Shown one piece after another: positions 51,666 to 64,000 of a DNA stretch of 64,000 bases. The position numbers and the translations under genes were made by a program. The notes under the pieces were generated by a model. It saw nothing but the letters and a program-made list of their open reading frames with translations. It did not search any database and was not told the DNA's origin. The number at the start of each line of letters is the position of its first letter. Within the stretch, counting starts at the first letter, position 1. The stretch lies in the NCBI RefSeq assembly GCF_001194135.2, contig NC_068995.1, positions 54,294,321 to 54,358,320 on the forward strand, in the 5' to 3' direction. Origin of the DNA: Octopus bimaculoides (lineage: Eukaryota).

Positions 51666-51925
51666 TCAGTTGATGTTGCTGCGGCTGCAGTTGATGTTGC
51701 TGCTGCTGCAGTTGATGTTACTGCTGATGCAGTTGATGTTGCTGCTGCTGCAGTTGATGTTGCTGCTGCTGCAGTTGATGTTGCTGCTAATGCAGTTGAT
51801 GTTGCTGCTGCTACAGTTGATGTTACTGCTTACTGCTGCTGCAGTTGATGTCGCTGCTGCTGCAGTTGATGTCGCTGCTGCTGCAGTTGATGTCGCTGCT
51901 GCTGCAGTTGACGTAGCTGCTGCTG
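51666..51925. repeat. 21-bp minisatellite, 12 copies (GCAGTTGATGTTGCTGCTGCT)
   Basis: The cagttga(t/c)g core recurs at 51667, 51688, 51709, 51730, 51751, 51772, 51793, 51814, 51842, 51863, 51884 and 51905. Confidence 0.95.
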
Positions 51926-52129
51926 ATGCTGATAATATAACTGTTAGTATTTAATATTTATTTTCCTATAACCAGGATTCACTGATACGGAAAAAAAATC
52001 GCAAAAAGTCTGAGTATAAGAGTGAGTATCAATTCTTTAGAATACAAAGGGGTGGAAAATTATTACTCAGTAAATTGAAACACTACGTTTATTTTTAATT
52101 ACATTATTAGTAACACACACACACACAAG

Positions 52130-52161
<32 letters not shown>

Positions 52162-52198
52162 AGCACACGAACGCACACGCACACACACATATGAATCA

Positions 52199-52557
52199 TG
52201 GCGCTCCGTCGGTGACGACGACGAGGGTTCCAGTTGATCCCATAAATGGAACAGTCTCCTTGTGAAAATGACGCACATGTGGTTGAGCACTACACAACTT
52301 AGTTGTCGGGGAAATTCAGTGCCACACAGAGTGTGACAAGACTGGCCTTTTTGAAATACAGGTACAACAGAAACATAAACAGTGAGAGAATGTTGTGGTG
52401 AAAGAGCACAGCGCGGTTCGCCACCAATCCCCGGAGCTTTGTGGAGCTTTACGTGTTTTCGCTCAATAAGCACTCACAAAGCCCGGTCTGGGAATCGAAA
52501 CTGCTATCGTACGACCACGAGTCCGCTGCCCTAACCAGTGGTCCATTGCGCCTCCAC
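52199..52557 (-). mobile_element. tRNA-derived SINE family C, near full length
   Basis: Reverse reads gtggaggcgcaatggaccactggttagggcagcggactcgtgg...gtttcgattcccagaccggg (box A and box B-like)...gatcaactggaaccctcgtcgtcgtcaccgacggagcgcca. Confidence 0.92.
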
Positions 52558-52562
52558 ACGTA

Positions 52563-52618
<56 letters not shown>

Positions 52619-53091
52619 AGTTATTTAAATGAGACATAATCGTATAAATACGTTGTACAATCTTCATTGGTAAGAGTCCGCCAGCTTTTATGAAACAGAG
52701 AAGGAAATGCTTCTCCATAGTAAAACGTCTCAGGTATTTGAACTCGGTACACAATAGTAAGATGTTGCATTAGCTTAGGCAACATTTACTAGGCAAGCAT
52801 TTTTCAAGTAATCATACGATATTAGTTTGTTTCTCCAATATTGTATTATGTCAAGATTTTTAACTGTTATAGTTCTTCATTTAATTAGCGCTGTTAATTA
52901 ACTCGCTGTCAATCTAGCTCTTGTTCGTTCATAATGTCCAAGAAGATGTAGGTTTCCTTCTAATCCAGGCAAATCTCTTGTGTATTACTTATTCGTCTTC
53001 CGCATTCGTACGCATTTTCGTAGAGGATAAATTTTCGTTCAAAAAAATGAAACACTTCTGGCAATTTATTGTCAATAATATTGAGAAACCA

Positions 53092-53420
53092 TTCGGTCAT
53101 GAATGACCATGGGATTGCACCTAGAAAGTTACCCTCCGAGGCACAAGTCCGGGCAAGGTTGTTTATGGAAGACCAGCAGTCACCTATGCTTCCCAGCCGC
53201 CCCTCTCCACGTCAACGATGTTATCCTAGTGAAAGGCAAAGGGGCCGATAAATCTTGGCACCAGTAATGTGGGAACTCATTTTTACAGCTGAGCGAACTA
53301 GAGCAACATGAAATAAAGTGCCTTGCTCAAGAACAAAACAGGCAGCCCGATCCGGGATTCGAACTAGCAACTTCACGATCGTAAGCTCGACGCTCTAACC
53401 ACTAAGCCATGCGCCTTCAC
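53092..53420 (-). mobile_element. tRNA-derived SINE family D, near full length
   Basis: Reverse reads gtgaaggcgcatggcttagtggttagagcgtcgagcttacgatcgtgaagttgctagttcgaatcccggatc (clear A box and B box GTTCGAATC), then ttgagcaaggcactttatttc...ctcagctgtaaaaatgag body. Confidence 0.92.
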
Positions 53421-53519
53421 AATATTATTGCCACCTGTTTTTACCATCATCACAAAAGTATTGCAGGTTATCACCATGCATAAGTTCCTTGGAAGTGATA
53501 ATAAGGTGATTTCCTCCAC

Positions 53520-53760
53520 TAATTTCGTAGCCTCATTATGTGGCAGTTATGAAACACCAGTTTCTGTAACCTGATGTCACGGTGTCTAATTTTCATTCTT
53601 GAAGGATTTTAACATTACATCAGGGAAAGTCAAAATCGGACATACAGTTCATCCTTTTTGCCTATTTAAGTGCTTCGTTGCCTTTGGAGGTTTTGAATAT
53701 CTCGTCACCAGTAATGTTATGGTGACGTTGGAGTGTGCACAATGGCGTAGAAATAGTATT
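53520..53760 (-). mobile_element. Possible LINE RT relic
   Basis: Minus frame LNRQKG*TVCPILTFPDVML loosely resembles GVRQG..L.P.LF...DVM. Weak. Confidence 0.2.
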
Positions 53761-53881
53761 ACCCAAATAAATGTTTTGAAGAATTAATATGTTCACGCAC
53801 CCTACTACACCAAACATAGATACGATATTAAACTAGCATAGTAATCCAATACCAATGATCAATGCTGTCATCGTCGTCGTC

Positions 53882-53912
<31 letters not shown>

Positions 53913-54019
53913 TCGTCATTGAAACAGTGAAAGAATTTTAGAACAGAGAGTACGGCAGTAGTAACAGGTATAAAAACAGGAATTACAACGTCAATTACAG
54001 CAAATCAAAGTCGTTGATA

Positions 54020-54720
54020 GTATAGTATGTCGGTTGTAGTTAAAAATATGACAAGCTGAAAAGAAAAACTTCATTACATATCGTAGTCTTTCAGGATGAA
54101 GCCTTTATAAAGAATATGCTTCAGGCGATAATTGATAAAAGAGAGCTAGAGATAAAATACAGAACGTGTGGGGAAACAGACGAAAGTAATGCCCAAATTT
54201 TATGTGAATGTTGAAAGCTAGCAACTTTTGACACGTCTGTAGCAATAAAAGTGTTCACTGAGATATTAGCCAGGTGTTTAGATTTGAAGTAACGGAAACG
54301 TGGCGTGAAAGCGACGCAGAAGTTTTGATGGAGGATGATGATTACAGGTTTTTATGAGATTTATTCATAGAGACAGGCCATAGAATTGGACGAGCCCAGA
54401 TATAATTGTAGAAAAGAAGAAGGAAAAATGTGAAAAACTTTTGACATTGCAATAACTTAGTAGACTAAAGTAGATATCGAAGAAACAAAAAAAAAAAACG
54501 GGGAAATATCATGATGTGGGCAGAGAGATGAAGAAATTGTGAAACACAAAGGAAGCAACTGTACTTGGGGTAATTTCTACAATAGGCAGAACAGCGAAAT
54601 TGCTTCTTAAGAGGCTGAAGCTTATTTTTACTTGTATTGTGACTGCTAATCCCAACCAGCAGAGAAGTGGCATACGGCATTCTACAAGAAACCAATCAAA
54701 GATGCTTTGATTTGATAAGA
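54020..54720 (+). mobile_element. Decayed R4/Dong-like RLE LINE 3' part
   Basis: Across stops and frameshifts: IIDKRELEIKYRTCGETDESNAQILCEC*KLA...FEVTETW...PDIIVEKKKEKC..FDIAI...GKYHDVGREMKKL*NTK...VISTIG. Confidence 0.75.
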
Positions 54721-54784
54721 CTTCCCACAAAATTTTATCATAAGCTACTAATTAAATTAGACTTTAATGGATTTGTGTATAGTA

Positions 54785-54801
54785 CAACAGCTACTACTAC
54801 C

Positions 54802-54843
<42 letters not shown>

Positions 54844-54991
54844 ACTACTGCTGCTCCTACTGCTGCCGCTGCCACTACTACTACTACTACTATTGCTGCT
54901 TCTATTACTACTACTAGTTCTGCTGCTGCTACTACTACTACTAATACTACTGCTACTACTACTACTACCACCGCCACCACCCTTGCTGCTG

Positions 54992-55027
<36 letters not shown>

Positions 55028-55112
55028 ATACTACTACCACTACTACCACTACTTTGCTACCACCACCACCACCACCACCACCACCACCACCACCACCACT
55101 ACTACTACTACT
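54785..55112. repeat. Compound trinucleotide microsatellite (CTA/CTG/CCA)n
   Basis: Read directly; source of the poly-T/A/P and poly-L ORFs. Confidence 0.97.
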
Positions 55113-55114
55113 AA

Positions 55115-55631
55115 TTGATTGACATGAGCATACCCTGTAACCATAATATCTCAGCAAAAGAACTTGATAAGCTCAGGAAATATAAAAAATGTGGTGATCG
55201 AAATCTGAAGACGGTTACAATATCAGTGACAGTAGAAGCACATGGAATGATGAAAAAAGGAACTGAAGTTTATATGAGAAATTAACCCTGGTTTACCATC
55301 TATGCAGGGAGTGCAAAACCCTGTCTTAACTGCTACATCACACGTACTTGAGACGAGCATTGTCGCTGTGAATTTCCTTTCCCCTTTTTCCCCTTTATTT
55401 TCTTTCTTTACTTTAAAATGTTTTATTGTTTCGATTTTCTCTGTCTTTCTTCCCCTTTTTCTCTGTCACATAACTTTGTAAATGAACAATCTGGTGTGTT
55501 TATTTTAATGACCTACCAATGTATACAGTGCTTTTCTCTGCCCTAAGTGTCAGGAAGACACTCGGCAAGAATGGACACAATGGAAAGAAGATGATAAGGA
55601 AAATACTACTTCTACTAATAATAATAATAAC
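55115..55631 (+). mobile_element. Heavily 5'-truncated R4/Dong-like LINE (RLE C-terminus, 3'UTR, AAT tail)
   Basis: LIDMSIPCNHNISAKELDKLRKYK...EI...TVEAHGMMKKG...PSMQGVQNPVLTATSHVL/RRALSL*, then a pyrimidine-rich UTR and (CTA)/(AAT) tail at about 55603-55631. Confidence 0.85.
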
Positions 55632-56749
55632 AAGAAATTCTATATAACGTTGATTTTTGGTTTCTTTTATAAGATTCTAAATTTGAAATATTTATTTGTT
55701 ATTAAAGAAATATTTTAGAACAATGTATAAGTAATGGAATATGACTTTGAATATGTCATTACAATTTGGAAAACAATCACAGAACATGACTTAGCAAATG
55801 ATTCTTCGATAATAATAGCAAACACCGTATATTTAATCAAACGCACAGAAACAGAAATGTGAGTAATGATAATATCACAATGGTCTTCTTGTTTCAGTTC
55901 CTGTGGAAATCAATCATTTTTTCTCATTTAACATTGTTGTAATGACGCGATGAGAGTAATTAAATTCGCAATAGAAGAGCAAATATTACTTTTTCAATAA
56001 AAGAAAATTGCATGTCTAAATACTAAACATATGCTCCCCAACACTAATATTATACATGGAAATGGTTTTTTAAAAATATATACTTTGAGGTAAGCAAGTG
56101 TATAACGTTGCATTCTCCCCTCTCTAGCTGCCCTCGGTATTCAAATATGTCATAACATAAGCGTAGATGAACCGTTGAAATCTAAGTGTTGTTGAATTGC
56201 CCGCATCAGCACTAACGTTACAGAACTTGGGGCAAGGTCCTCTAGACGTAAGGCCTAACTATGCAGCCCTTATTTTTTCCTGCTTAAAATGTAACGAAAT
56301 GCAATATAAAACTGAAAGAGATCTGACAGCTACTTTCAGCTGGTCAAACTTGCAGATAGCAGCTATTTTGCTATTGTTTTTCGATTGTGTACGTGTGTTG
56401 TTGTGGACTAAATAAATCGACAATGATAGGAAAGAATCTATTGATTTCATTCAGTTGGTATCAACTCAATCGATGTGGTGGTGCATTTCTTTGTTCTCTG
56501 CAATGTAATAAAGATAATAACTAATGTATTTATGTTTCGCTATCTATTTCGATATTGATATCCCCGTCCTTGTCTCTATGGAAATATCTACTGTTTTACG
56601 CGTATCGCAAATCCGCATACATACACTGATGAATCTGTTCACACATATGTGTATTCGTACACTCCAAAATACACAGACACATACACACGTACACACACAC
56701 GCACATACATACATACATACACACACGCAAACACACACANNNNNNNNNN

Positions 56750-56782
<33 letters not shown>

Positions 56783-57199
56783 GTGTATATATGTATATGT
56801 GTGTATACACACATACCCACACTAACATATATGGCAAACGTAATATTTCTCTCCTAGTATGAAAACTATAAAGGAAATACGTGTTTCAGTATATCAATTA
56901 TCTCTTCCTGGTATGTCAATTAATGATATTTGAAACACGATATTTCCATAGAATGAAATCTCTTTAAGTATCTCATATTATGTTCGATTTTCCTTACTTC
57001 AAACGTATATTTTTCTCCCAGACACTGATTAGAAAATTCAGGAATGTGATATTTTCAGATGATTAGACGTTGCTTAGTATGACAATGCGAAATATATATA
57101 TATACATGAAATGATACATTTTCATAGATACCTGATTGCGTTTCATTGTATAACTCATTATTATGACACAATAAACACTAGGGTCTGTAAGCTGGTTGT

Positions 57200-57440
57200 A
57201 TATCCATTCCTCATTCCTATTCTCATTGGATGGTAAGACCATATCTACCCTGATACTTGGCAGATTTACTTTATTCCACTGATATCATTTCACCAACTTG
57301 TAGATTGTGTTACATATTGATAAACCCTTTCTCCTACTGTGAGTGCCAGAAACCAGTCAGGAACATTGATTGATCTTCACAGAAATGGAAGTCCATCGAT
57401 CAAGTGAAATCCCAAGAAATATTTAAGTATTTCACTTTAA
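57200..57440 (-). mobile_element. Possible LINE RT C-terminal relic
   Basis: Minus frame VKYLNISWDFT*SMDFH resembles VKYLG..D..LS...H. Weak. Confidence 0.2.
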
Positions 57441-58475
57441 TATCACGGTGTAAATTCTATTCATGCTAATGTAATTACTTGTATATAAAACAGTGTTCCA
57501 AAATTCTTACAATGTGAAATTTTCAAATTCCGCAGTTAAAATTTTACCTCCCTGATTGTGATTTACTAACAATGACATTAGTGACAAACCTTCAAAAGGT
57601 TATTGACTAAGATTTTCCATATATAAACACGAATATGTTTAGCTTAGTAGCTGTGAGTTCTATTTGTTCAATTTTTTCTTATTTTCTTTCAGCGGAACTT
57701 ATACGAAATGCTTGTAGCAGTGAAGAGATAATAAATAATTATCAAATAATTTTCCTTCTGATGAAGAAAAATCAATAAAGTAAATTTGCTCATTTCAGCT
57801 AGCATCAGCAAAATCTCACCAGAAATTTAAAATAAAAATATATTGCATATCTCATTAGATAAATTCTGGCACTGTTCAAAGAATTGAGAGGATTATAACA
57901 TATGTATATGAAAAAATTCTCATCATATTCTAATTAATCTGAAATACGAAGAACAAAGCAATCAATGGAGTAATAACTTGATGAATATTGGATAGCTCTA
58001 CAAACGGAATAAATTGTGTTTATTTTTCTCCCATAATTATGTACCTTTTATTTCTAGACATAGTCGCCTATTGATTGAATAGCAATCATATCATTTTGGA
58101 AAACTCTTGTGGACTTTGGAATGAAAGGGATTTCGTGTCTTATCGATCTTTGATAAATGATTCGTGTAAGTCATCTTTGAAAGCCTCTTAACCTAGACGA
58201 GTGGCAATGCCTAAGTTGAATAGCTGCTCGGTGGTAGATTCTTCCATTCATGCTTGATTTTTACATTCAATTCCAAGATAGCCTTACATCATATATATAG
58301 AATACTTAGTTGTTAGATATTCGTTGCCAAAGTAACAGTTTCCATTTTCGTAAATAATTGCAGAATGTTCATTCAAATAATTCTTTATAGAAATAAAAGA
58401 GTGAAAGACGTGTTATACTATATGTATGGGTATGCGTGCGTTGGTGTGCCTCTGTGTGTGTGTGTGTGCGTGTGC

Positions 58476-58517
<42 letters not shown>

Positions 58518-59129
58518 CAAAGTATGTATAAATGTATATATATGTGTGTGATCACAGCAAAACGATAGAAAATCAATATAAGTCTGCCATTATCGATAAT
58601 ATTGATTTCTTGGTGATTGGAAGCATTCTTGCAAACATTGATTTCCCTCTTTCATACTATTACTACTATAACTTTTGTAAGTATCGATCTTGATAAAATT
58701 ATACGGAAGTACAGGCAAGTAAGTACATAATGCCTTTTGGAACAGAGTGCATGACTATGTATATTATTACGTATATAATAACTGTTTATTCATATGCGCA
58801 ACTTTCTTTACAACTTTCCCCCGTGATAATTCATAGTATAGATGCACAGATACCTGAAACGAAAACCAATAAAGTTCTTTGAAATGATGGTTGCTAGTTA
58901 AAAAACCTTCAAAGTTTTAATATTCCTATAACATTACGCTAGAAGGAAATTTTTAAATATTATTTTTGCCATTTTACTAAATATTAGATTATTATTTTGG
59001 GGATTTATCGACATACATGCTAAACAAAAACTAAATATAAATTAAAACAAAAAAGCTTTTATGGTATGCAAAAATTAAATATTATATGAAAGCAAGAGAA
59101 TTTCAAGGAGATCACCTTTTTTTTTACAG

Positions 59130-59480
59130 TTGCTGAGTGGTTTAGTAGCTCACTTTACAACCACATACTTTTGGATTCCTCCTCACCGCATCTCTTTCCC
59201 TACAGCCCTCGGCCGACCAACACATTCTGAATGAACCTGGTAAACAGTATCTTGAAGCCTGTATTATGTGGGCAGTTGAGTTATGGTGTACATATGTCTT
59301 TGTGCTAGGCTCTATCAACCCCAATGTGTGACACCTGGTAGTAGTTTATATATGACCCCGTAACTGGGCGGCTTGGCAAGAAAGAACCAGAAGAATTCAA
59401 ATTGTTCCAGCAAACCATTCAAGGTTGTGCCCCAGTGATGTCGCAGTCCAATTAAGGAAACAGATACATGATAATAAGCA
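59130..59480 (+). mobile_element. SINE family B, degenerate
   Basis: gagtggtttagtagctcactttacaaccacat...cagccctcggccgaccaa...gaccccgtaactgggcggcttggcaag...aaggttgtgccccagtgatgtcgcagtccaatt. Confidence 0.7.
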
Positions 59481-59760
59481 TATGTTTACAGACGGAGCAG
59501 TTAATAGTCTTGCATAACAAATATATTTTTCCTCGTGCTTTCTCATCACCAATATCATTGAGATTATAATGATGGCCATCATCTTCATCAATAACTTAAC
59601 TCGTATTGTCAATCCATAAGTATACAGAGTGCAGAGTTGCAATAGTGTAAAACAAAATGGCTTCTCTGAAAATAGTGTCTAAAAACATATTCATATACAT
59701 ACACACAAACACCAAATAGTTGTATCTACATTTATATGCATATGTATTTATACATACATT

Positions 59761-59796
<36 letters not shown>

Positions 59797-62179
59797 GTAT
59801 ATATGTGTGTGCGCGCGTATCTGTGCTTACTGACGTTACAACATAAGCCAACGTAATTACAGAACAATAACGTTGGATATTTTTTCTTCACGGGAATGTG
59901 GATCTTGTCGATGTGTTGGGAAACCTTTATGAAAATTAAACACCAAGCGACAAAACAACAACGAGAAAAGCTCTGTAGAGTATACATAAAAGGAAACTGA
60001 ATTTAGCAATCAAAATATTGCAAATATAGCGACGAATTGTATCGACTGATAAAAAAAAAATTCCATCATATCGTGTTGCCAACTATTTGTAATGCAAATG
60101 GACTAATGAAAAATTGTTTTCGGCGACTTGACATAAAGAAGAATTGTACAAATATGAAATGTGAAAAATCATTTGTAAAATTGACAAACAGCCATGTCGT
60201 TAATATAATAAATTTCAAAGAAAAGCCTTCTTGATACTTTTTGTGACTTTATGTATATTAAATTGATATATCAAAACAGTCTTCTGTTCATAGAGCTTGC
60301 TGAGTTTGTTATGAATAATTATTCTTTATTTAATATATGCATGCTTATATTTGCATTACTATATCACGTATAAACGTGGAAATTTGTCGTCAATACTAAA
60401 CATTTAGTATATAGAAACCATGGCACCCTTTCTTCATTATTGCACGAGATTGCTCATTATATTGCCGGGGATAATTATAATTCCTATCATTGTACCATAA
60501 ATAACATATGACTAACTGCTAATTATTTTTTGCATATTTCATTAGGTGTCTATACTTTAAGATTTATTGCGTTTCAAATAGAAATAATTTCAAAAGTTAT
60601 TTTCAAACGGTTTGGTGATGTCTTGTTCCACCGCCGCTAGTATTCTTATTGAAACTGTTATTGCCACCCACCCCGGCCAGCTGATCTAACAAACGTCCAG
60701 CCACCGAGTAATATCCAACTAACGTTTTTTTTTTTTTTTTCTTTTATTAATCCTGTTCCTCATTACCTCATATCTCATATCCCAAGGAAACATCATTCCA
60801 CTTCAACACGGTAATAAAATTACGTCTCGAATTCGTGGAGACACTGATCGGCAGATGTTCAAGCTGGACTACATCCATATCAATTTATAAAATCTCAGAG
60901 TGTCTACAGAGGTCAAGCTCACCGTCTATATACTATCAGATAAAAAGAAATGAATGACTTGGCTACTTTATGTTTCTATATATTTTTTTAATTTACTCAT
61001 GGCTTCAATTGAGAGCTTGACTTCTTTTTAGCTTAATTCCATTTATATTCAGATTTCCATTTCTAATTCACATCAATATATTTATTAGTGCAATGTATAT
61101 TTATAAACTGAACGTTTCATGGTAACTAGATTTTCATCAGCCATGTTGACAGACACAGTTTTGAAAAATGTCAGCCACTCAATTATGATAGGATTACAGC
61201 TGAAAATCAAAAACATAAACAGAGTACTTGCTGAAAAGACTACGGCTTATTAATTGAGACATAATTCTTCCGTTATTTTTAAGTGCATATTACGCGCAGA
61301 AGTAAAATCTATTGGAAGATTTGTATATAGAGAACTAATACACAAACCATACGAGACTACACTTATTATTTGAATGCTGTTTTTCTATAATTGAGTTGGC
61401 GTATTTCCAGGAAATTCTTCCTCCAGTACATTGCTAATATTAGTAATGATTCTTGATAAAGTATATAGAATTACAGGTATCTAAAGTGCATTTTTATTAC
61501 TATAGCTAATTCAGTATTATTCATTATATATTATACAGACAAATGAGAGTGTTTATTAGCATCAGGTTGCATACTATTTTTTCCAGAGTCCTTCAGAGAA
61601 AATGTGAAGTCCTGGAAAATGAATGCTTTGCGGTTAAAAATACCAGTTTTAACAATTTATGTCTTTTTATTCTTTAAGAATGCATTAGAGTTCATTACAT
61701 TTAAATATAGCATGAACTACATTTGCTTATGTTAAATAAGTAATTAACTTATTATCGAAAGTAAGCATTTACTGACTTATAGGCTTAGAATTAATAACTG
61801 TATAATTTAATGGCGTTAACGTAAAATGGAGATTTTAGTAATTTACATAATAATTAAAATATTGAATCATAAAGAGCTTAAGTGAGGTTTTGAGATGCTG
61901 TCTAACACGGCAAATTGTGGAGAGTGAAGAGACATATGTTAAACGTTATAATTATTATATGCAGTTGAGTCGAGGTCGGGGGATTTGTAATTTCCTATTG
62001 AAATATATATGAAATACAAAAACAATGAACAGAATATGTATATTATTACAACAAATTGCTGATTTTTTGAGGTTATTCAGTTAAAGTACACATATGCATT
62101 ATGCACATACTATGCATTACTGCATAGTGGTCCATTCCGTGATAAAAAATTAGAGTGGAAAAGTGCATAGACATTGATT

Positions 62180-62300
62180 GACGCAAATCAATAGAATTAC
62201 AGAGATGTTCTGAACTAGATGTTCTGATGCAGACCAGGGTATTATTCAGAGCTTGACCGCATTTTCCTTCGAAGCATTCCAGAATTGCCATACGAATAGC
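62180..62300 (+). mobile_element. Possible pogo/Tigger transposase relic
   Basis: ...MF*TRCSDADQGIIQSLTAF resembles the pogo motif FLPPNTTS.LQP.DQGIIQSLK; a single short motif only. Confidence 0.25.
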
Positions 62301-62339
62301 ATTTCAAGTACTCACAAAAATTACTTCATTAGCGTTATT

Positions 62340-62340
62340 C

Positions 62341-62406
<66 letters not shown>
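62340..62406. repeat. (TATC)n microsatellite
   Basis: Read directly. Confidence 0.95.
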
Positions 62407-62408
<2 letters not shown>

Positions 62409-62665
62409 ATGTATATATATATNNNNNNNNNNNNNNNNNNNNNNNNNNNNNNNNNNNNNNNNNNNNNNNNNNNNNNNNNNNNNNNNNNNNNNNNNNNNNN
62501 NNNNNNNNNNNNNNNNNNNNNNNNNNNNNNNNNNNNNNNNNNNNNNNNNNNNNNNNNNNNNNNNNNNNNNNNNNNNNNNNNNNNNNNNNNNNNNNNNNNN
62601 NNNNNNNNNNNNNNNNNNNNNNNNNNNNNNNNNNNNNNNNNNNNNNNNNNNNNNNNNNNNNNNNN

Positions 62666-62705
<40 letters not shown>

Positions 62706-63208
62706 GTGTATGTGTTGGTGTTCCTATGTGTGCATTCCAACGTACACACATACGCATACACCCAGATATTCATACATAGATACTGACAATCAATCATTCA
62801 TCATGGCTGAGTTAGAAGCAGGTCGAGATAAGTTTATATTAGAACACCAAAACATATGTAAGAACGTATAATGCTGCCCAACGTACACATCCTCACTGAT
62901 ATTTTTGCTAATTATGGCAACAAAAAAAACAACTTTAAAAGATATTTCATATGCGTCTTTCTCCCAACATTAAAACGAGATATCGTAAAAGCATGTTGTG
63001 AAATCAACATTTTTCCCCCATACTGCATACATGGGATGGTATTATTTTTACTTTCCGCTTCATTGATGGTATATATTGATTTCGTATGAAAATATGATGG
63101 CATATTCGTACATTTCAGTATCTGTAATGAGACAGCGTGAAAATATTCTAGTAATGTAAAAAGATCAGTTAAAATTGATATTCATATATAACAGGGACTA
63201 CTAACAAA

Positions 63209-63400
63209 AGTTGCAGTTTTGCAATTCATGGTGTAAGAAATACTGTCCTTGCCAATAAACTGGAACTCATGAAAAACCTCGAAATATACATATACGCTTG
63301 GAGAGAAACACAAATTCCCACACAGTCTCGTATATATTTGTGTGGGGGTGGTAGTGCTAGAGGTAGTTATGCTCAGTAATGGAAACATTGACTAGTTCCC
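63209..63400 (+). mobile_element. LINE AP-endonuclease N-terminal relic
   Basis: SFAIHGVRNTVLANKLELMKNLEIYIYAWRETQIP..IYLCGGG resembles the APE start I.T.NVR.L...L..EL...IDI.ALQET....Y...SG. Confidence 0.45.
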
Positions 63401-63562
63401 CAATGTAGTTCTAGGACTAAGGTTCTCGGCGTCAAGAATGGGTGTAAGTGAAAACCGAGGTGAGCTGTTATGGAGTAGCGATGCAGCGAAGTACAATTCG
63501 GTTTCATTCAGACATATATGTGTGTGTGTGTATCTATCTATCTATCTATGTATCTATCAATG

Positions 63563-63619
<57 letters not shown>

Positions 63620-64000
63620 TTATATATATATACACACACATATGCATATGTGTATCTGTCTCTGTGTGTATGTCTGTATGTATATCATGTCTGATATACC
63701 CATTGAGTCTTATTTGATCACCAAAATCCAAAATTCCAAAAATTCCGGAGAAACTGTATTCTGTAAATGCATGCCAGCGTTCTTAAATAATGATCGATGG
63801 AACGAGTATTGCGTTGTATACGAGTATTGCGTTGTATATTAAAGAGAGCATAGTTCGAAAAAGAAATCTATTTTGATTATATATAACATAAAGGATTTGA
63901 ACTGAGATTGAAAAAGTAAGTCCGCGTACTGCTTATAAACTGGTTAACGCATCGATGCTTGGCCTAATCCAATAATTCTGCAACGTTTTAGGTCAGCGAA

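Noticed and set aside
53340-53420. tRNA gene (A and B boxes, also at 52480-52557 and 20403-20450)
   Set aside because: These are SINE heads; they continue into shared non-tRNA bodies and I could not fold a full cloverleaf.
61100-61145. Minus-strand ctgatga...gaaacgttc hammerhead-like motif
   Set aside because: Stems I and II do not pair; at most a distant relic.
1552-62665. Sixteen N-gaps each flanked by simple repeats, as a biological pattern
   Set aside because: Typical short-read assembly failure at microsatellites; gap content is unknown and could hide features.
1384-63842. Most ORFs in the six-frame track (YIYI, THTH, CVCV, LSLS, ERER, YLSI, homopolymer and X-rich)
   Set aside because: They are translations of microsatellites or read through N-gaps; no coding signal.

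Overview
AT-rich, gene-poor animal DNA, not a prokaryotic locus. The SINE families and the microsatellite density match what I recall of octopod cephalopod genomes; that assignment is from memory and unverified. There are 16 N-gaps, each flanked by a simple repeat. Nearly all ORFs in the supplied track are artefacts of (TA)n/(CA)n/(GA)n/trinucleotide tracts or of N-runs. No host protein-coding gene can be identified with confidence; only a few weak exon candidates exist. Recognisable content: four tRNA-derived SINE families; three or four relics of R4/Dong-like RLE non-LTR retrotransposons, all abutting trinucleotide arrays; a mariner derivative built from two inverted 5' ends; Penelope-like relics with a decayed hammerhead motif; piggyBac, APE and RT relics; a near-perfect 83-bp-arm foldback element; and a compact multi-hairpin cassette. 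I found no evidence for a new multi-gene system. The most interesting observations concern transposon architecture and hairpin-forming sequence.
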